DNA of 64,000 nucleotides from Octopus vulgaris (Eukaryota): NCBI GenBank assembly GCA_951406725.2, contig OX597831.1, positions 42,098,001 to 42,162,000 of the forward strand, read 5' to 3'. Shown piece by piece: positions 1 to 12,765 of this stretch (position 1 is its first letter; each line of letters starts with the position of its first letter). The notes under the pieces were generated by a model. It saw only the letters and a program-made list of their open reading frames with translations, ran no database searches and was not told where the DNA came from. The position numbers and the translations under genes were made by a program.

Positions 1-1090
1 ATCATCTTCATCATTTAATGTCCATTGTCCATGCTGGCATGGGTTGGGCTGGTACGTTGAGGGGCTGTGCCAGATTCCAGTCTGATTTAGCATGGTTCCT
101 ATGGCTGGATGCCCTTCCTAATGCAAACCACTCCAAGAGTGTAATGGGTGCTTTTACGTGTCACAGGCACAAGTGCCAGTTGTGTCACACCAATATCTGC
201 AATGAATATGATTTCACTTGGCTTGATGTATCTTCCTTCTCAAACAGAGCATATTGTCAAAGGTCTCAGTCATTTGTCATTGCCTCTGGGAGGGCCAGTG
301 CTCAAAAAGTGTTTTTTACATGTCACTGGCATGGTTGCCATTTCCTTGACACTGACAATGGTCACAAATTACAGAAATATGACTGAAGCAAAGATATGGA
401 CCTGAGGATTGTGCCTAGTCATTCTGTTTGACTAGGGCTGACTTAGAAGTTGTATGACAAAAGTAAGATAACTACTTTAGAATACTTAGATACCTTTTCA
501 GCCAGAGTTAGCCCAGACAAAGGCAAATTCAAAAGCACTACCTGTGAAGACATTTAACCCTTTAGCATATAAACCAGCCATATCAAGCCAAAATATTCTG
601 CCTGTTTTAAGTTAAACTGACCAGATCCAAGCTCTCATACCTACCCTACAATGTCATTCTAAAATATACAATCACATTATTACCATATTGAAACTATGGG
701 ATTATGCCTGATAAATTCAAAACAATGTGAAGAAATAAGCAATACATATGACAAAGGAATCTGATTGCTAAAGGGTTTTATGTTACAGTCATACTTTGTG
801 GGGCCATAGCTCATTTGAGTAAAGAGTTATTGTTTACAGAGATGAATCTGGGTGTAAAATGGTTTATTTGGAATTTGTAGGAGAAATTTTTCCATGAACC
901 ATTTCAATGCTATGAGCTTTTACTTCCCTTTATGTGTCTTGGTATGATGTTAAAAAGAGTAGGTCCAGTTGAGGTGAAATAGTTCTGTCTTAGTGTTATG
1001 ATGTGGCACAAGCACAAATTTTGCATCGGACTTTTGTCTCAAAATAAAGAGGTCCTTTTGAAGAAGATATATATAACTTGGAAAACTTAC

Positions 1091-1181
1091 TTGAAATTCT
1101 CTTATCTATTTCATCTTCAGAATACAAACTGGCACACAGTACCATAGGCACAAGGGCCAAGAAGAAAAGTACGGCTTTCAT
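1091..1181 (-). CDS. First coding exon of a putative secreted pre-pro-peptide (MKAVLFFLALVPMVLCASLYSEDEIDKRIS...)
   Basis: Strong acceptor ttttcttattttaccag at 1194, ATG 12 nt into the exon, GTAAGT donor at 1090. Encodes a hydrophobic signal peptide, an acidic spacer and dibasic KR. Confidence 0.72.
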
Positions 1182-1468
1182 GTTATTCAGTTTCTGGTAA
1201 AATAAGAAAACACGTGAAATCTATGAGACAGGATTACAAAGGGAAGGAGTTGAGAAAATTACAATGAAGTATGTTTGGGAGGAATGTATTAAGACCCATT
1301 GGTCCAGGAGGTTACAGCTCACACACACACACAAAGTATATTCAAACATTGATATTTGTCAAGCAAATTTGGAAGAGAGAACTCAATTCATTGCCTGGCT
1401 CTCCATTGGTTATGACAATGAGAGTTCCAGTTGATTCAAACAATGGAACAGCCTGCTCATGAAATTAT

Positions 1469-1514
<46 letters not shown>

Positions 1515-1718
1515 ATTAATATATACATATATATATATATATATATATCCATTTATATATATATATACATATCCATTTGTACATATATATATATATATAT
1601 ATATATAAATGGATATATACATATATATATATGTGTGTGTGTTTGTGTATGTGATATATATATATATATATATATATAAATGGATATATACATATATATA
1701 TATGTGTGTGTGTTTGTG

Positions 1719-1767
<49 letters not shown>

Positions 1768-1906
1768 CAATAAAGATTCAAGTCAATTTTAATGAATTTA
1801 CTTGAATATGGTACCTAACTTAGATGCACCAAAAAACTATACGGTTTTAACCATACAGTAATGTGGGGTGATTATAAGCGAGAAAGAAGCAACAAAAATG
1901 GATAAG

Positions 1907-1997
1907 TTTTAGTACAATCGTTTCATACAAAGACAGGCTTTATTAAAAGTTGCAAAAATTGCAGCATATAAACGTGTCCCGTACTCATCAGCTAAAA
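1907..1997 (-). ncRNA. Mirror copy of the hammerhead at 3183-3273
   Basis: Reverse complement in the left palindrome arm. Confidence 0.75.
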
Positions 1998-3182
1998 TAC
2001 ATGTGAGTTCTCTAGACATCTTAGTGGTTGAGGCTATACTCATGAAGTAATGTAGATAATTAAGTAACATAAACAGATTTCCAAAGTTCATTAAAGTTCT
2101 TTAAAGATGATACACAGTCTTATCACAGATTTTTAAAAAGTTTTAATAGCATCACAGAGAAGGTGACTTAATCCATAGTGTACATATGAATTTCCAGAGA
2201 TATGAGGAGGGATTACATACTCACAGACGACAGATTTATCCATGGCTAATCACAACGAGGTGGGTATCAATTCCTGCTTATTAGCATTACAGAGAGGGTG
2301 AATTAATCCTTTGTATAGGTGCACAATTTCCAATGGTGTAGATGTAAATTTCCAGAGAAATGAAGAGGAATTTCATATTCACAGACGATAAATTTATCAA
2401 TGGTTGAACACAATGAGGTAGGTATCAATTCTTGCTATATGATTAGGTATTTGCCACATTAATCACATTACTGCTATATTCAAGAGACTGTAGCTATTTG
2501 ACTTTTAAAGGCTGAAGGGCTTTCTAGAGAGGCAAAGAACAGAAAGGGAAGGAAAGAGAGGAAAAGAGAGGAAATAAAGGAGGAGGGAGCAAAAAGGGGG
2601 GGGGGGCTCCTTTATTTCCTCTCTTTCCTTCCCTTTCTGTTCTTTGCCTCTCTAGAAAGCCCTTCAGCCTTTAAAAGTCAAATAGCTACAGTCTCTTGAA
2701 AATAGCAGTAATGTGATTAATGTGGCAAATACCTAATCATATAGCAAGAATTGATACCTACCTCATTGTGTTCAACCATTGATAAATTTATCGTCTGTGA
2801 ATATGAAATTCCTCTTCATTTCTCTGGAAATTTACATCTACACCATTGGAAATTGTGCACCTATACAAAGGATTAATTCACCCTCTCTGTAATGCTAATA
2901 AGCAGGAATTGATACCCACCTCGTTGTGATTAGCCATGGATAAATCTGTCGTCTGTGAGTATGTAATCCCTCCTCATATCTCTGGAAATTCATATGTACA
3001 CTATGGATTAAGTCACCTTCTCTGTGATGCTATTAAAACTTTTTTAAAAATCTGTGATAAGACTGTGTATCATCTTTAAAGAACTTTAATGAACTTTGGA
3101 AATCTGTTTATGTTACTTAATTATCTACATTACTTCATGAGTATAGCCTCAACCACTAAGATGTCTAGAGAACTCACATGTA

Positions 3183-3273
3183 TTTTAGCTGATGAGTACG
3201 GGACACGTTTATATGCTGCAATTTTTGCAACTTTTAATAAAGCCTGTCTTTGTATGAAACGATTGTACTAAAA
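3183..3273 (+). ncRNA. Minimal type-I hammerhead ribozyme with extended stem II
   Basis: ttttag-CTGATGA-gtacgggacacgtttat...ataaagcctgtctttgtat-GAAA-cgatt-GTA-ctaaaa. Stem I is 6 bp. Confidence 0.75.
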
Positions 3274-3599
3274 ACTTATCCATTCTTGTTGCTTCTTTCT
3301 CGCGTATATATATATATATATGTATGTATGTATAAAATCATTGATTAGAGAACAAACATCAAATTCAGGCCAACAACCTTATATAACCCCACACTTCTAT
3401 ACATTTCATCATATACAAGTAATACCATGCCTTTCGACATATAAAAGAAATACATATATAAGCACCAAAGGTAAAAAGATATATATGCACATATAAAAAT
3501 ACAAAAGCATATTGGAGATCTTTCTGGAAAAATTATATACAAATCAACTAATAAAGGTAATCAAAATGAATTACTAAAACATATCAATTGATTAAAAAT

Positions 3600-6300
3600 A
3601 TATCAAAATAGTCAGTTTTTTCAAAATGAAGCAATCCATTGTAGGTCCAGTATCCAAGGACCGTAAGAGAATTCCCAAAAATAAAAGGGTAGGTCAAAAT
3701 ACACATCTATGGCCATTTCGGGAGTTCATTGCTGCAGTCCAATTGCAAGTTAAATCACATCTCGGCAATGACCTCCTCATCAGGATAAACAGAATCCTCT
3801 AGGAATTTCACAATCAACTAGTTCACAAGAGTTACAATATGGGTGAAAATTCCTATTTATAACATATAATCTTTAGCAGGACCAGTCCAAAATCCCTCAA
3901 AAAAGAAATTATCTTATTTTATAGCTAACCAGGTTGGTGGCTCCAATTGATAGGAATTTTTCTATCCGGTTTCGCAACCCAGTAAGCAAACTAAATATTA
4001 TCTTGCCTTACTTGTATATACTTTCAGAAAAGTAGAAGAAAACCTATGGTTGCAGAAAGGGACCACCTCTGTAAATTTATTTAATGTTTTAGACCCAAAG
4101 GACCTAGGGATGGTAAAAGATTCCCTTATACACTTGTTAATATTAACACTAAAATAAGGGTCCCTCGAGATTATAGACCATTCGAGAAAGCAACTTTTAT
4201 TATTCCTCTTTAAACCATGTACATAAGCGGCAAGTGTAGTTGAGTTACAATATTTTTCGTTCAAAAATGAATTCATGTAGGCTTGTACCTTACCTTAAAA
4301 TTGACAGTACTGCCTATATAAACCCTATCCAAATTACCCTCCCCTTTAACTACATATTTATAAATTGCATTTGTAATCAAACAAAATATATCAAGAGGAT
4401 ATAACCTAGGGTGTCTACAATTACAGGATTTACCAGAACCACCTTTATCCCTATTACTGATACTAACATTATTTATCTTGTTTCTTACAGTCTTCCTCTC
4501 GGATATCACATTAATGGGGGTCAGTAAGGCCAGTGAAGGTAAATAGTTGGTAACACCAACCTTAGGCTTAGAGCATACCACCCCAATACCAGAGGTTCCA
4601 ACAGAGGAATACTTCCAGTGCACTTGCCCAGAGATGCAATAATGGAAGCCAAATTCAGCATTACTGAGTAAGAAAATTTAATGGAGGATTTGTTGTAGAT
4701 GGTGTAGTACTTATGATTCTTTGGGAAATTCTCCTTCAGAATCTTGAAAAAACAACTTGGGCAGATTTCTTACTCTAAGAGAAAAGTAGGTGGGAGACAA
4801 ACCAGATGACTTCCTGCATTCTCAAGTGTGAGCTCTTGGTTTAACTTATCTCCTCACAGCTACTATTTCGCTTCCAATATCTATTCTTAAACTCTCTATA
4901 TACGTATCTAATGGATGGCTTACATTGGTTGCAATCAATTGATGCATTGAGTTTCTTGAGACTTTCTATGACATGGTCAGGTGGTAGACCAACCAGTTTG
5001 TTCTTAAGTCTCATGCTAGGTATATATGAGATTTTTAGCTTTGAAGCCACTTAAATTTAGAGCATTGTTACATACTAGTGCATGTTGATCAAAAATCTCT
5101 TTGTTTGCGGACAAATTAGAGATTCTGATTAAAATAGTAGTAATGATCCTATCAATAGTAGACTTTGGATGATTGAAGGAGACATTGTTAAATGAAATGG
5201 ATTTATTTGGCTTACAAAATGGGTAAGTATTAATCCTATCCAAATTCAGAGTAACATCCAAGAAATTCACCACTCTAAAGTTAGCATAAAAAATAATGCT
5301 AAGATTAAAGAAATCTTTAAGAAAATTCTCAAAGACTTCTTCAATCTATTCAATGCAGTTTTAGACTGGCCACGTGCAGCTAGAAGTGCATCATCCCTAT
5401 ATGATCCCCTAGCAAGGAGGGGAAAACTATCCCTAATCTGCGAAAAGAGATATAGGCCCACTAAATCGTCACTTGTCCTGAATCCGAGGACCCCATAGTA
5501 ATATCAAAGAAATTGGTAGAATCAGCCCTCTTCCAATTACACTCATTGAAGGAAATGAGGGTCCCCCTTGCTGCTAAAATTACATCATTATCCGAACTAG
5601 GGATATTCGCAAATTTCCGAGTGAAAATCAAAACCTTATTTAGCAATATAGGGGAAATGGAGTTGCAATAATTCGAAATATCGAATTGGATAAAGTCTAA
5701 ATTAGGCTTATCAGTAAGAGAGTCAAACCATAAGATAACATCCCCAGTAGAGGTCCATAGGGGAAGCTGAACCTTATCCATAACGATGGGAATAATCTGA
5801 TCAATAATGTACTTTCTAATTCTGCCCAAATCTAACTTGATTGGGCAGGTTATTCTAATTGAAGGATTTGATAAAAAAAAAAACAGGCTTATGGTCCTTC
5901 AAAAGACAATAGGGAGTTTTGGGAGCTTAAAGTTGGGTTCTATCCAGTAGGCCCAAACCAGAAATAATATCTAAATGAGTATTATTAATATCTTACAAAG
6001 CATTCTTGTTAACACGCTTATCTGTAGAATTAAGCTCTTTCAAAATAAAGTCATTATAAAGGCTCAGTGGTACAGAATAAATATTCCGGGTCTTAGCAGA
6101 TAGGATGTGCAAATCTGGAGAAGGTTTCATTGAAGAGATTTTCTCCAACAGGATTTTCTGAAAGGGGTTTGTGTATCTAGAAAACTTTAACCATTTAATC
6201 ATATTCATAAGATCTTTTTCAAAGTTTACAAGAGCTGGGTTAAATGGTGGATTTCTCAAAGTTTTAAGGTTATAATTGTTTTTCCCATCTGGAATTCTCT
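3600..6300 (-). mobile_element. Degenerate Penelope-like retroelement (RT, Cys linker, GIY-YIG endonuclease, 3' pLTR)
   Basis: Frameshifted ORFs with FIQFDISNY, FDITMGS.D, YRDD, VNFLDVTLNL, NHPK, CNCR..CL and AIYK...YIGST..FKVRY. Confidence 0.92.
3705..3786 (-). ncRNA. Minimal hammerhead in the Penelope 3' pLTR
   Basis: atc-CTGATGA-ggaggtcattgc...gcaatgaactccc-GAAA-tggcc-ATA-gat. Palindromic stem III ATGGCCAT. Confidence 0.75.
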
Positions 6301-6384
6301 TCCATTCCTATTATTATTGTCCTTTCTAAGTGTTAACATGTACCTCCTTGTGACAATATAAATTTTCATTTAATCAAGATATCC

Positions 6385-6472
6385 TTGGCCTGAAGAGTAG
6401 CCTGTAGTATACACCTCACTTGGATATTTACCACATCTGAGGTTCTGCTCACAATGAAACATATGTAGCCCA
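6385..6472 (+). ncRNA. Hammerhead-like motif
   Basis: ggc-CTGAAGA...acctca/tgaggt...GAAA-catat-GTA-gcc. Palindromic ACATATGT. The base of stem II is weak. Confidence 0.5.
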
Positions 6473-6519
6473 GATCTTATCTACTCCATTCCTTAAATTT
6501 TATGCGTGTGTGTATATAT

Positions 6520-8180
6520 ATATACTAGCAGAGATATCTGGCATTGCTCGTGTTACATGCAGTTGAAGAATTAGACTTTTCTGTTATATTTTCTATAATG
6601 AACTGGAATATCTATGTTTCGAATTTCATCAAAATTGCAGATGGGGGTTATTTCCCTCTTTACACACCCTAAAAAAATTGTAATCGTGCCACATGTATCC
6701 CATACTACTGATTTTTATGTGCATATTCCAAAATTCCAGTCTTATAGAACCTGTTAAAAGGATTTTGCTCCTGAAAAATGGAGGTCATGGAGCTCTAAAA
6801 TGTGAGAGTTAACGTCCCTATTGGGGATGGGCATCTTAATGTCAACCAGAGAAGTTAAATTGTTGAGAATCTTTTTAACATGGGTCTTATATTTATTGTT
6901 TGAATTTCTTTGAAATAGGAAATATGTGTTCACTGGGTTTGTAAAAGAGAGCAAAGCTACAGGAAACCAAAAGACGATTAATCACAATAAGCAGTCAGCT
7001 ACAGTACCCTAGTCATTACCACTCACCACGCAGGTGACAGGCACAGCTGTAAGATGCATTACGAATCTATAGCAATTGGAAGGGTGTGACCCAACTGAAA
7101 TAAACATTAACAACTATGTGACGTGAGGGCTAAGGAGAAATGAATGTTGGAGTTTGCAAATGACCACTATACTGATACGTAACTGGACAGAATAAATTTA
7201 CAATTTATAAATGTCTTTGAATAACCAGTCACTCATCTGGGGATGCCTTGAAATCAGTGTTACCATCTGGGGATTATGTGCGACCCAGTGATAATAAAAA
7301 GACTAAAAGGAGATCCGCAATCAAATAACTTTACTCAACACTTTGCAACTGAATCAGTGGAGGCAAAGATGTCTCTCATTTACTTGACAATTTATGCACC
7401 GCATTGCAGAAATCACAATGTAAGTGTATGTCAAAGCAAACTGTTACACTGTTGTACAACTGAATTAGAAATAATGCCCAACTTTTATGCTCGGGTAACC
7501 CTACAGCTTCCAAGAGCACAACTGTATTTGTTTTTGCTTAGATAAAATGACAAAATTGTTGGTGTTAAATCCCCATGGAGGGGTCTTTCTAACTTTGTAA
7601 GAAGATGAAATTTTATAAATATTACTTCATTTGTGTCTAATATCTATGGTTAAAATTTCATCAACAGCAAAAATATATGAATTGTCATGGCCCTTATGCA
7701 TAGAATATAATTTCCAAATTTCATAAAGATTCATTCAGTACTTTTGACTTAGTTTTGGATCATAAAAGAAAATACTAAAATTTGGGAGTTAAGGCCCCCA
7801 TTAGGGTGTCTTAGAATCCTCATGTGAAGTGGAAACTTTGAGAATACTTCTTGATGTGTGTCAATTACCCATGGTTGAAATTTCATCAACATCGAAAATT
7901 TATGAATTTTCATAGGGAGTTCTGCCCCCTTTAAGCCATCTAAAATGCAAACCAAACATATTGCATTATACCCGCCCTTATGCATTGAATCTAAGTTTCA
8001 AATATCATAAGGATCCATTCAGTAATTTTGGTCCATGAAATTGTATGAAATACATAGTATTACCCTTCTCCCTAGGCTTCGATTTTGTGTTCCAAATTTC
8101 ATTATGATCGGTGCAGCAGTTTTCGAATGTATAAGTAATACACGAACACATAAAGACATTGTCTTTGATATAATAAATAT
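6520..8180 (-). mobile_element. Probable non-autonomous Helitron
   Basis: The minus strand ends in a degenerate GC hairpin plus CTAG near 6524. A Helitron-like AT-rich start lies near 8180. Confidence 0.4.
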
Positions 8181-8205
8181 GAATGTACACATATCCATAC
8201 ATGTG

Positions 8206-8323
<118 letters not shown>

Positions 8324-8583
8324 AAGATAAATTGATAGATACAACTGAGTGGGCAAACAAAAATATGAGACACAGCATAGTGCTTTTTTTATGTTGATAA
8401 GCCTGGTACTTACTCTATTAGTTTCTTCTTATGAAACCAGTAAGTTATGGGGATGTAATTAAACGAACAGCAGTTGTGAAGCAGTGATGAGGGTGAAACA
8501 CAGAAACAAAGTCACACACATACACTTAAACATATACATACATATATATATGATTGAGTTCTTTAAGTTTCTGTTTACGAAAT

Positions 8584-8629
<46 letters not shown>

Positions 8630-8960
8630 ACACACATACACACACAAAGATAAATTGTCTGAGCAAACAAAAATATGAGATACTGTCTAGTGTTTTTTTT
8701 TTGTTTTGATAAGCCTGGTACTTATTCTATCAGTTTCTTCTTGTGAAACCAGTAAGTTATGGGGATGTAAATAAACGAACACCAGTTGTGAGGCAGTGAT
8801 GAGAGAGAAACACAAAGACACACACACAGACTTACATAATACATACATATATATATGATTGATTTCTTTCAGTTTCTGTCTACAAAATCCACTGACAAGG
8901 CTTTGGTTGGTCTGAGGCTATAGCAGAAGACACATGCCAAGTCACCACACAGTGGGACTG

Positions 8961-9252
8961 AACCCAGGACCATGTGTTTTAGAACCAAGTTTGTTACCAC
9001 ACAGCCACACCTGCACCTATGTATATGTGTGTGTGTGTGTATGGGTGTATATATGTATGCATGTATATATGTGTACATATTACATGTACATCTATAAATA
9101 TATATACATCTACACATATACATGTATACATGTATACATATACATATGTATAGAAATAACTGTATACATATACAGCTATACACACACACATACATAGGTG
9201 CAGGTGTGGCTGTGTGGTAACAAATTTGGTCCAAAACACATGATCCTGGGTT
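8961..9252. repeat. Inverted pair of SINE heads around a microsatellite
   Basis: aacccaggaccatgtgtttt...cacacctgcacctatgta versus tacataggtgcaggtgtgg...aaaacacatgatcctgggtt. Confidence 0.8.
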
Positions 9253-10362
9253 TAAATTTAAATTTAAAATAATAAGGGTGATAAATTGAATATTAATTTG
9301 ATTAATATGAATTGAAAACCAGTGGTGTAGCATATAAGACCATAGCAGATCTTCTTCTAGCAAAATGGATGTCCGCTGTTAATGGTTCATTCCTCTTATA
9401 TACTGCATATACTTTATATACACTTTTGACAAGTTGTTGTGCACTTACTACATATACTCTATACTTTATACGCACTTTTGACAAGTTGTGGTGCACCTGA
9501 GCACTGTATACAATAATTTCATTATTATTATTATTATTAATAGTTTGACTTTAATAGTTTCAGTATTAAAGTGAAAGTATCTGACATTACAATAGAGAGA
9601 TGTTTTTGTTTCACTTTTAACACGTAATACTGAAATAGTGGAGAAGATATGATATTGCTGTGGGCTCGCCCTAAGCAAGAAGTTAGAAATTTTTTGCCCA
9701 TGACACTACATGGATCCTAAGTAAGGCATGTGTAAAATTTGAATGAAATTGGTTGTGTAGTTCTCAAGTTTTAGGGATTCAGACAGACACACATTCTCAG
9801 TTTTATATATATATAGATGATAGCATAATTAAAACTTAAATCTTAAATTTAACTACGAATATAGTGATATAGTTTACACTTAAGACAAATATATTATGGT
9901 ACTTAATACTAAATTTATGAATTAACCCACTGAAATATTATAAATATCCTCAGTAATATACTAATTTAAAGCTACAAACCCTTCAGTTTAAATAAAAAAA
10001 AAACAACTTACAAATCATTCAGTATAATAAGAAAATTTGGCCTCGAATAAAATTATGTTAAATAATGTTGTCATATTATAAAGTTTGGGAAAATATCACA
10101 AGGAAAAATAACTTTCTTCACATCCTCTTCTATAACTTCAAAATTTTACCACAACCTAATGAACATCAATTTTTTAATTAAAAAAAATTAGTATCACTTT
10201 ATTTATTCATACATTCATTAATTTATTTATCCATTTATTTATTTAACATGTATACAAATTCAAATATATGTATCCACATATAGATATATGTGCAGATATG
10301 CATATACATATATACATACATACATACACACACATACATACATACATACATACATACATACA

Positions 10363-10393
<31 letters not shown>

Positions 10394-11749
10394 GTACATA
10401 CATACATACATACATACATACACAATACACCTGCTTACATATATACATAAATACATGCATACACACATATACATATAAATAAATCCAGATAAACATGCAT
10501 GTGCATTTGTGTGTGTATATATATATATACATAGATATTGACCATTACCAATCACATGTGTATATACACATGTACATTCACATACACATATACATCATAT
10601 ATACATATACACACCTACATAGAAAAGTTGTTTTTTTGTGGTGAATTTAGTGTTTGAGTAAAATATATCCTTATTTATTTTTTAATCATAGTATATAGAA
10701 ATTTTAAATAAAATCTATTTCCTACTCCACCACAAATTCTTAACTTATATAGATTTTATTTCTATATAAAACAAAGGATTCTGTATTTGTGTGTGTGTAC
10801 ACGTGCATGTGTGTGTGTATGCATTTCTACAGTTTTCCACCGATTTTCACCAAACTTTACACACACACATTACTTATGTGCCAGAATTCCCCAGAGCTCC
10901 CATGTAAGGTGAGAAATCGGGGAAAAACGGTGTTTTACACAGGTTTTTCTAAAAAAACGTCTGCAGTTTTCAACTGATTCTCTCCCTTTTCTTTCTGTTT
11001 ATTTCTGTCTTCTCTCTCTTTTTCTCATTCTCCATTTCTCTTGCTTGCACATATTCTCTCTCACCCTCTGTAATAGTTCCTCTCTTTTAGTCTATGTTTA
11101 TTTGTTTCTTTCTCTCTCTCTCTCTCTCTCTCTAACTCACTCACAACAAACTTCTGTCTACAAATTGACTTCTGTGTATTTTAATTAGTTGTGCGTAAAA
11201 ATCTGTTGTTATGGTTTTTGTACGTTCTCCCTGAAAAATGATTTAGTTATTTTTTTATTTTTGTTCATCCAGTGTGTGTATATTCAGTTTTGCCACACCT
11301 GTATAAAAATTGACTTCAGTGTATTTCAATTTTGTCATGCATAAATATCTTTGTCTTTACAGTATTTGTACATTTTCCCTACAACATTACTTATTTTAAT
11401 TTTTTTGCTCTCTGTCTATTTAGATACACTATTTACATTTCTCCCTCTATCGAAAAACATAGTGTGTGCGGTCGTGCATGCATGCGTATGACCGCTATGG
11501 GCCACATACAGCCGATATGTCTTTATTACTAATCAATGAGATTTCAACCATTCTACTGAGTGGTCATGCATTAGAAAAAGCTATCCTAAAGCAGCTCAAG
11601 TTTTTTCACTCAAGCTATTTTCTTCTAGAGCTTTATACGCTCAAATGGGGTTTGTAAGTTCTGTCTACAGATTGACTTCTTTGTCTATATATATAAAATT
11701 CTTTGTCTGTCTGTCTGTCTTCCCTATCAAAGAAGCTATTTATGGGTTT

Positions 11750-12710
11750 GTTAGAATAGATAATAAAAATAGAAGTAAATTCATACAGATAGATATTAAT
11801 AACTATTATTCTTCTATTAATATTATTGTACTTAATAATGCTCTTTTATTTGCTAGAAAAAACTTTTAAACTAGTTTTAAAGAAATTAAAGTAATTTTGG
11901 AAGCTTAAAAATCTCTTATTCTATTTGATAAGTACTGGGCTAGAAAAAATACCAATAATTTTTTGACATTACTATGGAATCAGTTGATTCTGTCCAAGTT
12001 ACTGATCTAGTATGTATATACATTCTATTTCATTTTAGTAATGAATTTCCTGATATTAAAGGTGGACTGTATAGAGATAATGCACTGTTTGTGATTAATA
12101 GTCTATCATATAGTAAATTAGATTTGTATGAGATAAAATTGCATAGTTTTTAAAAAAGGTTTGGTATATCTATTTCTATTGAAAATGAACATGATTCTGT
12201 TAATTATTTAGATGTTAATCTGAATCTTGTTACTGGCCAATATAGCCCAGATCATAAACCAAACAATAATTTGAAATATATCAACTTTAATAGTAATCAT
12301 CCTAAAGCAATTACATGAACTTTAGTTAGTAATATTTCGAGGCATATTTTATATATATATCTTCTAATGAGGAAATCCTAACAATAATGCAGAATATATA
12401 ATGTGGCTCTTAAAAACGTGGGATATATGCATAGGATTGTATATTGTAATAAAAATGAAAGCTATAAAATATATTATTATAATAATGGTAAATCGGTTGA
12501 CAATTGAATGTTTAGATCTAATAGTAGAGCTGTGAATAATAAAATTAAAATTAGTAAATCTCGTAAAAATATTAATAGTAATAAGGTCGATGATGTAATT
12601 AATAAATTACAGAATCTAAGGATAACCTAAGTAAGAACAGAATGAAATATAGTTCAAATGTATGTTCTAAAATCAATACCAATAATGTGGATACACGAAA
12701 CCTGTATTAT
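11750..12710 (+). mobile_element. Second, AT-rich Penelope-like RT remnant
   Basis: KFIQIDINNYYSSI, FDITMESVDSVQVTDLV, GGLYRDN, VNYLDVNLNL and NSNHPK, with stops and frameshifts. Confidence 0.85.
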
Positions 12711-12711
12711 G

Positions 12712-12765
<54 letters not shown>

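Larger units (their letters stand above)
1878..3303. repeat. 1.4-kb near-perfect inverted repeat (arms 1878-2582 and 2607-3303), Penelope pLTR-like
   Basis: The arms are reverse complements apart from a few substitutions/indels and a 10-nt duplication. The same 60-aa ORF is reported on both strands. The spacer is 24 nt and G-rich. Confidence 0.95.

Noticed and set aside
1410-1781. ORFs rich in IY/HT/CV repeats (also at 8005-8678, 10235-10555, 23799-24128, 41429-41902, 60965-61634)
   Set aside because: These are translations of (TA)n, (CA)n and (TACA)n microsatellites.
1909-3271. Two identical 60-aa ORFs as genes
   Set aside because: They are the mirror arms of the palindrome and overlap the hammerhead, with no protein similarity.
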